The notes: generated by a model from the letters alone, not told the origin. A stretch of DNA of 64,000 bases from an uncultured Candidatus Saccharibacteria bacterium (GCA_963529005.1 CAURWY010000002.1:25076-89075); one strand, 5' to 3'; positions 35,912-45,974 are shown, counted from the stretch's first letter. Numbers and translations: made by a program.

Positions 35912-36174
35912 TTCCTTCTCAGTTGCTTGCGAATGCCCACTCGCACTTCTTACATTTGATTATAGAATAATAGGTGATATAAGTCAATCGTTTCATCATA
36001 GAACTATTATAGCACACACTTTACGCTTATGGTAAACAATTTTTTGAGGCTTTTCATTTGCAAGTGATGTGGCGAGCATGACGGGGCAGTTGACGGGCTC
36101 GCAGCAATGCGGGCTGGCATAGAAAAACCAGCGGCCGATACAGAGGAGCCGCTGGTATATGAGAGGTCGCCAGG

Positions 36175-38550
36175 CTAGGCGGTGCGCTTCTTGCGTGTGG
36201 TGATGGTGCGGGCTGCGGTCTTGCGCCGGCTTCGTTTGGGTGGTGCAGCGGCCAAGATTTCGCGGGCTTGCGCCTCATCCAGAGTTGTTGGATCAGTATC
36301 CTTGGGTATACGTGCGTTAGTCTTGCCGTCGGTTACATATGGCCCCCAGCGCCCCTTGAGGATTTTGATAGTGCCAAAATCGGCGATGTGCTTCTCTGCC
36401 TCGGCCTTGAGCTTGGCGGCGTAGAGCACGCGAGCCTCGGCTTCGGTAATGTTGCGTGGGTCATGCTCCTTGAGGCTCACGTAGAGCTTGCCTACCTGAA
36501 TATATGGCCCAAAGCGCCCAACGTTTGCTTTGATGGTCTGACCGTCCTCGGTAGTGCCAACAGTGCGTGGTAGTTCGAAGGCCTTGAGGGCTTGTTCGAG
36601 CGTGACGGTCTCGATGCGCTCACCCTTGGGGAGCGGCGCAAACTGTGGCTTGGCGGCCTTATCCTCGCTGCTGCCCAGCTGCAACATCGGCCCAAAGCGC
36701 CCAAAGCGGGCGAAGATCGGCTTGCCAGTCTTGGGGTGGGTGCCAACCTCGCGGTGAGCACCAACGGTACTGCGGTCGATGTCGCCGGATTTTTCGATGA
36801 GCTCGTGGAAGGGCTCGTAAAATTGGCGAAGCATGGCATTGCGCGCAAGCTTGCTGGCAGCGATGTCATCGAAATCGGTCTCGACGCGGGCGGTGAAGCC
36901 ATAGTCGATGATGGGGTCGAAATGATCAGTGAGAAAGCCAGCGATTAGCTCGCCCGCTGGGGTGGGCAGTAGCTTGCCACGGGTGGCACCAGTTTTTTCT
37001 TGGACGATGCGACGAGTGACGACAGGAGTACTATCACTCGGGATCTCGCCCGTACGCTCCAGGACGATGACATCGCGTGGTTCACCCTCGCTCTCGCCTC
37101 GCTCGGCATAGCCACGGGTCTGGATGGTATTCATAATGGTGGCGTACGTACTGGGCCGACCAATACCAAGCTCTTCAAGCTTCTTGACGAGTGTCCCCTC
37201 GGTATAGCGCGCTGGTGGGCGGGCAAAGACCTGCCGCGCCTCGGCCTGTGTAAGCTTAAGGGCGGTGTGCTGGCTGACTGATGGCAGGATGGTCGAATCC
37301 TTACCGCCATAGACGCGCAAAAAGCCATCAAACAGCACCGTCTGACCCTTTGCCTCAAAGACGAGTGTTTTCTCGGTCTCGAGCTGCGTGCTGTCGATGT
37401 TGATGGTAATGGTGGTGTTCTCTAGCTTCGCAGCGGCCATTTGGCTGGCTAGGGTGCGCCGGCGGATGAGGTCGTAGAGTTTTTGGTCGTAGCTACTGCC
37501 AGCGACGGATTCGCGAGCGATGTCGGTCGGGCGGATGGCTTCGTGAGCCTCTTGGGCACCAGCCGACTTCGTGGTGAAGGTGCGACTGTGTGAATAGTCG
37601 GCACCAAAGTGCTGAGTAATGTATGTGCGGCTTGCGGCAATGGCCTGACGGCTGAGATTGACGCTATCGGTACGCATATAGGTGATGAGCCCCTCTTGGT
37701 AGAGCTTCTGGGCACTCGCCATGGTAGCACGGCTGCCCATGCCGAGCTTACTATTGGCCTCCTGCTGGAGGGTGCTGGTGGTAAATGGTGCAGCGGGGTT
37801 GCGCGTGCTCGGTGTCTTGGTAATGCTGCTAACGGTGAAACGAGCGCCACTCAGCCCCATCAAGAAGTCGTGGGCGGCTTGCTCGCTGTCGAAGCGCTGC
37901 TTGAGCTCAGCCTTGAGCTCCTCGCCATCTACGGCAAAATGCGCTGTTACGCGGAACTGTGCACTACTCGCAAAGTCGCGAATCTCGCGCTCGCGCTCCA
38001 CGAGCAAGCGCACCGCTGGGCTTTGTACACGGCCGGCTGATTTGCCACCCGGCACCTTGCGCCACACCACAGGGCTCAGCTCGAAGCCTACGATGCGGTC
38101 GAGGATCTGCCGTGCCTGCTGAGCCTCCACGAGCTGCATATCTACGGTGCGAGGTTGTTTGATGGCCGCCTCGATGGCGGGCTTGGTGATCTCATGGAAC
38201 GTGATGCGCTTGGTACGTTGTGGGTCTAGGCCAAGCACTTCGCATAGGTGCCAGGCAATCGCCTCTCCTTCCCGGTCTTCATCGGTTGCAAGCCACACAT
38301 TATCCGCTCCAACTGTCTTCACGGCCTTCTTGAGCTCGGTGATGACCTTTTTCTTGTCTGGGTCGATCTCGTAGATGGTCTTGAAGTCGTTTTTGATATC
38401 GATCGGCGGCTGTCCATCCTTGGTTTTCTTGGGGATGGCGCGAATGTGCCCTACGCTCGAGAGTACCTGATATTCCCCGCCCAGGTAGCGCTCGATTGTC
38501 TTGGCCTTGGCTGGGCTCTCGACGATGACTAGTTGTGTGTGTTTGCTCAT
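36175..38550 (-). CDS. topA: DNA topoisomerase I
   Basis: 'VIVESPAKAKTI', 'ATDEDREGE', 'SAGRVQS', 'ITYMRTDS', 'AQEAHEAIRPT', C-terminal 'GRFGP' repeats. Confidence 0.97.
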   Translation of the reverse strand: MSKHTQLVIVESPAKAKTIERYLGGEYQVLSSVGHIRAIPKKTKDGQPPIDIKNDFKTIYEIDPDKKKVITELKKAVKTVGADNVWLATDEDREGEAIAWHLCEVLGLDPQRTKRITFHEITKPAIEAAIKQPRTVDMQLVEAQQARQILDRIVGFELSPVVWRKVPGGKSAGRVQSPAVRLLVEREREIRDFASSAQFRVTAHFAVDGEELKAELKQRFDSEQAAHDFLMGLSGARFTVSSITKTPSTRNPAAPFTTSTLQQEANSKLGMGSRATMASAQKLYQEGLITYMRTDSVNLSRQAIAASRTYITQHFGADYSHSRTFTTKSAGAQEAHEAIRPTDIARESVAGSSYDQKLYDLIRRRTLASQMAAAKLENTTITINIDSTQLETEKTLVFEAKGQTVLFDGFLRVYGGKDSTILPSVSQHTALKLTQAEARQVFARPPARYTEGTLVKKLEELGIGRPSTYATIMNTIQTRGYAERGESEGEPRDVIVLERTGEIPSDSTPVVTRRIVQEKTGATRGKLLPTPAGELIAGFLTDHFDPIIDYGFTARVETDFDDIAASKLARNAMLRQFYEPFHELIEKSGDIDRSTVGAHREVGTHPKTGKPIFARFGRFGPMLQLGSSEDKAAKPQFAPLPKGERIETVTLEQALKAFELPRTVGTTEDGQTIKANVGRFGPYIQVGKLYVSLKEHDPRNITEAEARVLYAAKLKAEAEKHIADFGTIKILKGRWGPYVTDGKTNARIPKDTDPTTLDEAQAREILAAAPPKRSRRKTAARTITTRKKRTA

Positions 38551-38764
38551 TGATTATCTACTCGCTTGTTATAGTTATATACTTGCTGTTAATCTATCTA
38601 ATCAAGCGCCTATGATACCGCAAAGTAGAGTGGAATGCAAATTAGATATATTAAGAATACCCTCTCCCCCTCCCTGGCCTATAGGCAAGGGTATTGCTGA
38701 TAGTGTGGAAATATATAAGAAGCCTGGCTACCAATAAAGAATGCTGCACGAATCATCAATCGCA

Positions 38765-39481
38765 TTACCCATGCACACGGCGTTTGCGACGCATATGGGT
38801 GCGAGGTTGCCGTGGTGGGGTGTTTGCTGCTGAGGTGGACTCGGTAGATTTGCTGTAGTCTTTGGCTTTGGCATAGTGGCCAGTGAGATAGTCCTTCGCA
38901 GCGGCAATACCGAGGACAGCGCCTGCAGCAAACGACCCTAGTGCTGCTACACCAGCATAACGCTCAAGCTTACTCCCTTCAGGAGCGAGCGACTTAAGAA
39001 AATAGGCAGCAATTGCTATATTATCTGCTGCCATACTGAGCTTGCCTGATTTTGGCGTACGGAAGGCTTCATCATTTGTGAGACCATGATAGACGGTCGC
39101 GCCAGCATTGATGGCATTCTTAGCAGCAATTGTTGTTAGAACTGATTTGGGCACAACATGGGTTTTGCCTGCTATTACACCAATCACTGCCATACCGAAT
39201 TTGTCGCAAAAAGCATCAAACCCTGCACCAAAGTCACTTTCTTGGCGAAGACGTCGCGCTGCTAGGCCATCTGCTAAGTCGCCTGTACGACCGCCAAGTA
39301 TCATGAGTGCGCCAATGATCTGGCCAGCTTTGTCGTTCTCCTTTGTTGCAGCGTCAAATTTCTGAGCACCGGCAGCTACTAACCCTAGCCCAGTAGCCGA
39401 GATGGCATTTGGCACAGTAGGAATATCTCTCATGTGATATTCGCGTTTGCGTCGTCCTGGGGTTTGCTCTGCTGTCGCCAT
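38765..39481 (-). CDS. CDP-alcohol phosphatidyltransferase family protein
   Basis: 'PNAISA' and signature 'DLADGLAARRL.QESDFGAGFDAFCDK'. Confidence 0.8.
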   Translation of the reverse strand: MATAEQTPGRRKREYHMRDIPTVPNAISATGLGLVAAGAQKFDAATKENDKAGQIIGALMILGGRTGDLADGLAARRLRQESDFGAGFDAFCDKFGMAVIGVIAGKTHVVPKSVLTTIAAKNAINAGATVYHGLTNDEAFRTPKSGKLSMAADNIAIAAYFLKSLAPEGSKLERYAGVAALGSFAAGAVLGIAAAKDYLTGHYAKAKDYSKSTESTSAANTPPRQPRTHMRRKRRVHG

Positions 39482-39505
39482 AGTATATGGTACTGTACCA
39501 TAATA

Positions 39506-40384
39506 CTAAGCCAATGTCCACTGGTTGGCACCAAGTGAGCGGATAACGCCGTTAATCTCCAGCATTGTCAGTGCAATGGTAAACTCGCTGATGGGTGTGC
39601 CTAGGCGGCGCTGCATTTCTTCGCCGTCGCGCAGGCCTTGGCGCAGTAGCTTGATGATGGCAGCCTCGAGTGGTGTGCTACCTAGTGGCAGGGTGGCATT
39701 CTCGCTCTGCTGACGCTGGGGCGGTGTGATGGTCATGACAGCAAGGATATCGGCTGGGCTGGTGGCGGGCAAAGCGCCTTGCTTGAGGAGGTTGTTGCAG
39801 CCCTGCGAGAGCGGGCTGGTGATATTACCTGGCACCGCAAAGACGTCCTTGCCTTGCTCGAGTGCATGAGCAGCAGTGTTGAGCGTGCCACTGCGCTCGG
39901 CCGCCTCGGTAATGACGACGACGTCAGCCAGGCCAGCGACGAGGCGGTTCCGCTCGAGGAAGCTCCAGCTGCCAAAGCGGTAGCCATCCCCTGCCAAGTG
40001 CTCTGACACCACTGCCCCACCCTTGGCCACGATGTCGCCCGCAAGCGCAGTATGATTGGCTGGATAGATCCGTGGCAAGCCATTGCCCAGCACAGCGATC
40101 GTCGTGCCTCCCACCGCTACGCAGGCCTGGTGCGCAATGCTGTCAATCCCGAGAGCAAGCCCGCTGATGATGATCACCCCTTGGCGGGTCAGCTCGCGAG
40201 CGAATTGCTCCGTCACTTCCCGGCCATAGCGCGTGGGCCGGCGCGACCCAACGATAGCCACGCTCGGGCGGCGTTCCTCAGGCAGTGTGCCGAGGTAGTG
40301 AATCTGCTGCGGTGGCTTGGCAATATGGCAGAGTGGATTGAGGTATTGGTGGGCTTGTGGTGTGGTGTGATTGATCTGTTGCAT
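39506..40384 (-). CDS. dprA: DNA-processing protein DprA
   Basis: 'VAIVGSR', 'SGLALGID', 'FLERNR', 'EAAERSGTL.TA', 'VFAVPG'. Confidence 0.95.
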   Translation of the reverse strand: MQQINHTTPQAHQYLNPLCHIAKPPQQIHYLGTLPEERRPSVAIVGSRRPTRYGREVTEQFARELTRQGVIIISGLALGIDSIAHQACVAVGGTTIAVLGNGLPRIYPANHTALAGDIVAKGGAVVSEHLAGDGYRFGSWSFLERNRLVAGLADVVVITEAAERSGTLNTAAHALEQGKDVFAVPGNITSPLSQGCNNLLKQGALPATSPADILAVMTITPPQRQQSENATLPLGSTPLEAAIIKLLRQGLRDGEEMQRRLGTPISEFTIALTMLEINGVIRSLGANQWTLA

Positions 40385-40402
40385 AATTTGTGCTGAAAAG
40401 TG

Positions 40403-40431
40403 TTGACATTTTGTCAAGCGGGTGCTAGTAT
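40403..40431 (+). promoter_or_regulatory. promoter of candidate ncRNA
   Basis: TTGACA-17-TAGTAT; the -35 lies within the palindrome TTGACAtttTGTCAA. Confidence 0.6.
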
Positions 40432-40437
40432 CATAAG

Positions 40438-40716
40438 TGATTGATTGAGCGCAAGCTCGTTCAAGTACCTTATACCCCCTATTTTAACATAGTTACCCCA
40501 GTGTTTTCACAAAGGTAACGTGTTAGGTTGCACACAATCTGTGCTGTAGTTATCTACCCTCCACTGCAGCACCGTTAGACAGGGTTGTGTGCTTACTAAC
40601 CCCTTTGTCCAGCGGATCTCGTATGTGTGAGTAGATCACGTATACCCTGATTGGGTGGGACGAAGGGCAAACCAAGCGCTCATAGTGATGCCCACCCTTA
40701 CTATGAGCGCTTTTTT
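40438..40716 (+). ncRNA. candidate ~280-nt multi-hairpin ncRNA
   Basis: Four stem-loop domains with G-U pairs on the + strand, a GNRA loop, no ORF, strong terminator. Confidence 0.65.
40674..40716 (+). terminator. intrinsic terminator
   Basis: AAGCGCTCATAGTGA/TTACTATGAGCGCTT followed by a T-run. Confidence 0.85.
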
Positions 40717-41268
40717 GTTGGGGTGAGTTGGTGATGGCCTACCCCAAGCAGGAGCTATTTATAAGCTGATTTACTTTGGTGTACGAAGACACTATGAATT
40801 GCTCTGGTTTGTAGCACGCGCTACCAAGGCAAAGATAGCTATTATCTCTGGTAGTAGCTAAGATCTCAGTGTCCCGGTGTTCTTTGTTTGTCTATAGAGC
40901 AAAGAGTTTGACAAGTAGCCCTTCCTTCGCGTTGCTGTACCCTCTGGTGTGGCACAAAACACCTTTGCACCGATGAGTTTTAATTCCAGACAGAACATTG
41001 TAATGAGAATGAACTAACCTTAAGAAGGAAGCTGCTATAGCGGTGTCGGGGTATGTGGGAGGTAAGACACAGATAAATAAGAGCCACATGCCAAGAGCTC
41101 GTGCAATTGACGCGCGCTTCCATCAGACATTACTGTATAGTTTAGCACGCACAAAATATATGGCTGAACAATACTTTTCACCATGTTTTTCTCTGTTATT
41201 GCGCAGTGAACTTATTATTTATTCAAGTGAGAGATATGCAAGAAAACGCCGTTATACGCTAGTGAGCA

Positions 41269-42570
41269 CTAGAGCTGAGCTGTGTTGCTACGTGTTGGCT
41301 GCTTGTCTGAAGTAGCGTTTGGATCAACATAGTACTTGGGGATGCTATGAGCCTGGTTTTCTGGCTCTTCCCAGTATGGGCGTGGCTTATCAGATTCAGA
41401 TGCATATAGATTGCTCCTACTTGTGTTTGAGGCTGTGCTCTGCTGCGCTTCATCTTGAGCGGCCTTCTCTGTGACATCTGGGTTGGTGACAAGGTCTTTA
41501 GTGATTGCTGAGTCAGTGACAGTGATGAGCTGGAGACCATACTCTTCAATCTCTTCATCAGTAATATCAAGGTTGTAATGCTTTAGCTGTTGCGACGATG
41601 GGTTGGCCACACTACCTTCCGCGACGAGACCGCCTAGCTGGAATTCGTATGGGTTATCTGGATTACTCTGCACAAAGAGTGGCGAACCTTGCCCTGTGCG
41701 GTCATCAAAGCCGTCTTCTGATGAGACGAGTAGTGTCTTGGTATGGGCGGCATCGTTATACCCAACGACAAAACCAGATGCAACGACTGGTTTGCCAATC
41801 TTGCGCTCGTTATCTTGGCTGCCATAATTGACGACAGTAAGTGGCTGCTCAAGGAGGTCGTCTTGAGCAATTGTCGTAATGACGCCATTTTTTACTTCAA
41901 GCGACATCTGGCGGCTTGTTCGGCGATAGGCGTGGTTCTCATTTTTTTCAGCAAGAGTCAGAGCGACAATGTGCTTGCCAGAAGAGCCAGGCATCGGCAT
42001 GGTACAGCCGCCGTTGGGATGAAATTCTGACTCATTGGAACCTATTGTAATAATACCAATATTGTCTGGAGTGAGATTTTCGAGGTCCTCTGAATTGACA
42101 ACGGTGAGAATAATGGGGTGGCCCTGCTCACGATCGTTTGCAGAGTAGGTGATAACGCCAGAATAGAGCACGTCTGTCTCCCCTCCTGATATCTTCACCT
42201 TGGTGGCAGTAAGAGCTGGTGCACCCTCAGAATAGCCGGTTACATCGATACCGCTATCGCGGAAGGCATCCTCCCACGCCTCATCTTTAGAACTGAACGG
42301 AAGGTCGCTCAGTGTGCGCGTATGGCTGACAGCTGGCTTGTCATAGCCAAGGTCGACGCTGTCATCTCGCTCAGTGTCGCTGCAGGCCGGTAGTGGGTCG
42401 TTGCCTGGGTAGAAATCTGGGAGACTATTGTAGGCACCATATAACGCCGGAGGGGTTGCCAGTGCAAGACTAACAATTACCGCCCAGCGCTTTCGGCGAC
42501 GAGACTGCTGTTCATCTGGCGATGGTTGTTCTTCTGGGGCTGGTAGTGGTTCGCAATTCTTCTTGACCAT
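41269..42570 (-). CDS. membrane-anchored trypsin-fold pseudoprotease (catalytic triad replaced)
   Basis: Colinear with ORF 42713, but LTVVNS, KHIVAL and TGQGSP stand in place of TAAHV, PDVAAL and GMSGG. Confidence 0.6.
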   Translation of the reverse strand: MVKKNCEPLPAPEEQPSPDEQQSRRRKRWAVIVSLALATPPALYGAYNSLPDFYPGNDPLPACSDTERDDSVDLGYDKPAVSHTRTLSDLPFSSKDEAWEDAFRDSGIDVTGYSEGAPALTATKVKISGGETDVLYSGVITYSANDREQGHPIILTVVNSEDLENLTPDNIGIITIGSNESEFHPNGGCTMPMPGSSGKHIVALTLAEKNENHAYRRTSRQMSLEVKNGVITTIAQDDLLEQPLTVVNYGSQDNERKIGKPVVASGFVVGYNDAAHTKTLLVSSEDGFDDRTGQGSPLFVQSNPDNPYEFQLGGLVAEGSVANPSSQQLKHYNLDITDEEIEEYGLQLITVTDSAITKDLVTNPDVTEKAAQDEAQQSTASNTSRSNLYASESDKPRPYWEEPENQAHSIPKYYVDPNATSDKQPTRSNTAQL

Positions 42571-42712
42571 AATAATTATTATAGTAGTACATTTTGCATT
42601 GTATGACAAATATCCATACTACGTGCAGAGGTAGTGTCTCCTCTGTTTCTCCTCTGTCAACTACTGTTATAAATTTGTATTTAGCCCCGCAAAGCGCTAT
42701 AATGGCCAAACC

Positions 42713-43918
42713 ATGACAGAAATGGCAGTTCGAGAACATAATTTTGACCCGCATTCTCGGCCAGAGACGCGGATGGAGCGACGACAACGGCTCCAGCAAG
42801 AGAAGAATGCGAAGAATACGAATTTTGGCAAAAAGGCACTTAGTGCAGCGGTAGGCGCTATAATTGGCTGTATGCCAATGGCTGGCCTGGCCTATGTTGG
42901 GCATGCTCGGCAGGAGGCGCAGCGGCCTAATAAACCACTGCCGCCATGTACAGCAGTTGGCCAGCCTTCGTCGCTTGACCTCACGCAGCCCGAGGTGGTT
43001 GCTCAGCGTCCGCCAGTGAGCATTGCCGAGGCGTTGGGCGATCATGAAGCGCTCGAGCAGCAAAAGCACGAGGCTTTGCAAGCAGTGCAGCACTCCATCG
43101 TCAAGATAAACGCTCACGCTCATAATATGGCGGAGGCAGCCAGCGTGGATATCACTGGCAGTGGCTACATCATAGCAATGCCAAATGGCAAACCTATGGT
43201 GATGACGGCTGCCCATGTGGTGTCTAACAAGTATCCTATCCGCCAAACAGACATTACCTTCCGCACGACGGATGGCCAGACTCATAAGATACAAAAAGGC
43301 TGCCATAATGGCGAAGCACCGCCCGAAGGCCAGTGGAGCTCTGGCATGCCTGATGTAGCAGCATTGAGGCCGCATGATGAGCTGCCGGGTAGCTCACCCC
43401 TCCACTCTGCAACAGATGAGGAGATAGCGGCAGCGGTACGCGCTGGCCAGCCATTCTTTGCAGTGGGCTTCCCTGCGGGTGCTCCAGTGGAATGGGGGCA
43501 GCCGATTGCCACGCCGCAAGTTGATGTGCTCCTCCCTGCTGGGCAGCGTGGGGCTGATGGCAAGATGGCTATGATCTCGGGCCTTGAGCGGTCGGCTAAG
43601 GATGCAAATGATGTTGACGAGCTAGATGATGCCGTTTTGCCCGGTATGTCGGGCGGTGTGGTCGTTGTGCGTACTCCATCTGGCGAGATGAAGGTTGTTG
43701 GGATGGTGCAAGCAGTAGCCCAGCCAGCGACGGCTGCCGAGCTCAGTACGTATGGCATTATAGATGACCCAGAGACAGTGCGTGCGTATGAGCCGCGCAT
43801 TGCCTATCTTGGGAGCCTCACAGAGGCACAAGAGGCATCTACGAGCCTACAAGCAGAAGACGAGTGGTCGGTAGCAAGAGTAATAATAGACCTTGGTGCG
43901 GTCTTTCACGAAGATTAG
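42713..43918 (+). CDS. membrane-anchored trypsin-like serine protease
   Basis: N-terminal TM, 'GSGYII', His 'MTAAHV', Asp 'DVAAL', Ser 'PGMSGG'. Confidence 0.85.
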   Translation: MTEMAVREHNFDPHSRPETRMERRQRLQQEKNAKNTNFGKKALSAAVGAIIGCMPMAGLAYVGHARQEAQRPNKPLPPCTAVGQPSSLDLTQPEVVAQRPPVSIAEALGDHEALEQQKHEALQAVQHSIVKINAHAHNMAEAASVDITGSGYIIAMPNGKPMVMTAAHVVSNKYPIRQTDITFRTTDGQTHKIQKGCHNGEAPPEGQWSSGMPDVAALRPHDELPGSSPLHSATDEEIAAAVRAGQPFFAVGFPAGAPVEWGQPIATPQVDVLLPAGQRGADGKMAMISGLERSAKDANDVDELDDAVLPGMSGGVVVVRTPSGEMKVVGMVQAVAQPATAAELSTYGIIDDPETVRAYEPRIAYLGSLTEAQEASTSLQAEDEWSVARVIIDLGAVFHED

Positions 43919-43974
43919 CTTAGAAGGCCATAGAAGGTGAAGCTCTGCCCTATTCTGTGCTATACTAAATCACT

Positions 43975-45087
43975 ATGAAACATCTCTGGCATTCTCATCA
44001 CCCTTTTCGTATTTTTTGGTTTTCGGCGCTGCTGACAGTGCTGCTGGGCGGGGCGATTTTTGGCCATTTGGGGGTGAGTGGCTTGTGGCTGTTTACCATC
44101 CTGGTGCTGCTAGAGGTGACCTTTAGCTTCGATAATGCCGTCATTAATAGCCGCGTCTTGGCGAGCCTGAGCCCACTGTGGCAAAAGATCTTCCTGACGG
44201 TGGGGATCTTTATTGCAGTGTTTGTGGTGCGTTTTGTGCTGCCGATCGTTATTGTGATGGTGGCAAGCGGGCACGACTTCTCAACAGTGGTCGATCTCGC
44301 GCTGCATAAGCCAGCAGAGTATGGGCACATCCTCCACGCTGCGTCACCAATGATCGATGCCTTTGGTGGGGCGTTTTTGATCATGATTGGCCTAAGTTAC
44401 TTTATGGACTACAACAAGCGGGTGCACTGGATGCGGCACGTTGAGCCATGGCTAGCCAAGGCGGGGCGCTTCGAGAACCTCAAGGTATGTGTGATGCTGG
44501 CGGTGGCAACAGTGCTGTACTTCACGGTGGAGAAGCAGTATGAGTCGGTGGTGCTGATCTCGTCTATCCTAGGGATCTTACTGCATATTGGGCTGGAGCT
44601 CTTTGGCTCGTTCTTTCATGATGACACGGCGCAGTCTCTCAAGGCAAAAACAGGCTGGGCGGCCTTTGCTAGCCTGATGTACCTGGAGGTGCTGGACGCG
44701 AGCTTCAGCTTTGATGGGGTGATTGGAGCATTTGCTATCACCAGTAGTATTGTCTTGATTGTGGCAGGCCTCGGGGCGGGTGCCATCTGGGTGCGCTCAC
44801 TCACGGTCTATCTACTACGGACGGGTGCACTGGGTAAATATAAGTATCTTGAGAATGGTGCGCACTGGGCCATTATGGCGCTGGGTGTGATGATGATCGC
44901 TAAGCTCTTCCACGTGGAGCTGCCTGAATGGGCGACTGGTGGGCTGGGCCTTGTCTTTATTAGCTTGGCAGTCGGCAGTAGCATCCTCGAGGCTCGCGCC
45001 ATTAACCTCCAGGCTGCAACCGCAAACACCGTCCACCACGCCGAGCAACGCCTCAAGCGTGGAGTGAAGAAGATTGTGAAGCACTAG
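43975..45087 (+). CDS. DUF475 (TerC-like) membrane protein
   Basis: 'LLEVTFSFDNAVIN', 'YLEVLDASFSFDGVIGAFAIT', 'YLENGAHWAI'. Confidence 0.88.
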   Translation: MKHLWHSHHPFRIFWFSALLTVLLGGAIFGHLGVSGLWLFTILVLLEVTFSFDNAVINSRVLASLSPLWQKIFLTVGIFIAVFVVRFVLPIVIVMVASGHDFSTVVDLALHKPAEYGHILHAASPMIDAFGGAFLIMIGLSYFMDYNKRVHWMRHVEPWLAKAGRFENLKVCVMLAVATVLYFTVEKQYESVVLISSILGILLHIGLELFGSFFHDDTAQSLKAKTGWAAFASLMYLEVLDASFSFDGVIGAFAITSSIVLIVAGLGAGAIWVRSLTVYLLRTGALGKYKYLENGAHWAIMALGVMMIAKLFHVELPEWATGGLGLVFISLAVGSSILEARAINLQAATANTVHHAEQRLKRGVKKIVKH

Positions 45088-45164
45088 ATATTGCTATAAA
45101 CAAAAGCCACGAACTCACCACTGAGACATGTCGTCGAGAGATAAAATACGCTCGAAATGATGTA

Positions 45165-45737
45165 CTATACCGACGGCTGGTACGTCACACTCGTCGCTGC
45201 TATGTCTCCCGCAAGGAATTGCGCAATGAGAGAGGCTGACTGCTCGGCTGCCCACTGCTGCAAAAGGGCTCGCTCATCTGAGGTAAAGTTACTCAAGACG
45301 AAGTCAACATCACCGACTTGCTGCCGCATTTTATTGTCTGTACCAAGGCGAATGTGCCAAAAGTTCTGCCCAATATGCTGATGGAGCGATTTAAGTCCAT
45401 TGTTGCCCGCACTCTCGCCGCCTCGCCTAACGCGAATTTTGCCAAAATCGAGGGCCACATCATCGTGAATAACGAGCACATCGTCGAGCGATAATTTATA
45501 AAAATCCATGATTGCTCGGGCCGCGACCCCTGTTTCGTTATAAAATGTGGTCGGCTTGGCGAGGATGACCTTCTCACCGCCGTGCGAAAACTCGGCTAGC
45601 TCAGCATTAAATCGGCTCTTTGGGGTAAACTGCACCCCCTGCTCTGCTGCATAAGCGTCAAGGATGATGAAACCAGCGTTGTGCCGGGTGGCGGCATAGC
45701 GCGGGCCAGGGTTGCCGAGAGCGAGAAGTAATTTCAT
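45165..45737 (-). CDS. pth: peptidyl-tRNA hydrolase
   Basis: 'LGNPG.RY..TRHNAGF', 'KPTTFYN', 'HDD', 'GNNGLKS'. Confidence 0.95.
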   Translation of the reverse strand: MKLLLALGNPGPRYAATRHNAGFIILDAYAAEQGVQFTPKSRFNAELAEFSHGGEKVILAKPTTFYNETGVAARAIMDFYKLSLDDVLVIHDDVALDFGKIRVRRGGESAGNNGLKSLHQHIGQNFWHIRLGTDNKMRQQVGDVDFVLSNFTSDERALLQQWAAEQSASLIAQFLAGDIAATSVTYQPSV

Positions 45738-45759
45738 ATGTATTAGTATAACATGGATA

Positions 45760-45931
45760 AGGTTTTGTTGTGGCTGTGCTGGTGGTGCTATAGCTGAACC
45801 GAAAATGTTCCGGCCAGATTATACTACAGCGATCATCCGTCTGCTGTATAGCTGGCCTCCATATATTTTCTTGTTCAGCTATAGCACCGTACTCAGTAGC
45901 CTTACTCCTTAGTATAAGGCCACAGGATCCT
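45760..45931. repeat. long imperfect inverted repeat (~170 nt)
   Basis: Perfect 16-bp arms GGTGCTATAGCTGAAC (45784-45799) and GTTCAGCTATAGCACC (45873-45888), plus nested and outer stems. Confidence 0.65.
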
Positions 45932-45974
45932 CTGTAGAGCGAGCGGGCATGCCCTGCCATGTTATACTAAACCC

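Noticed and set aside
40438..40716. RNase P RNA, tmRNA or SRP RNA
   Set aside because: No GAGGAAAGTCC-type block, no tRNA-like ends or tag ORF, and no SRP domain IV loop seen
42512..43375. 287-aa minus-strand ORF
   Set aside because: Antisense to the serine protease, which has clear catalytic motifs
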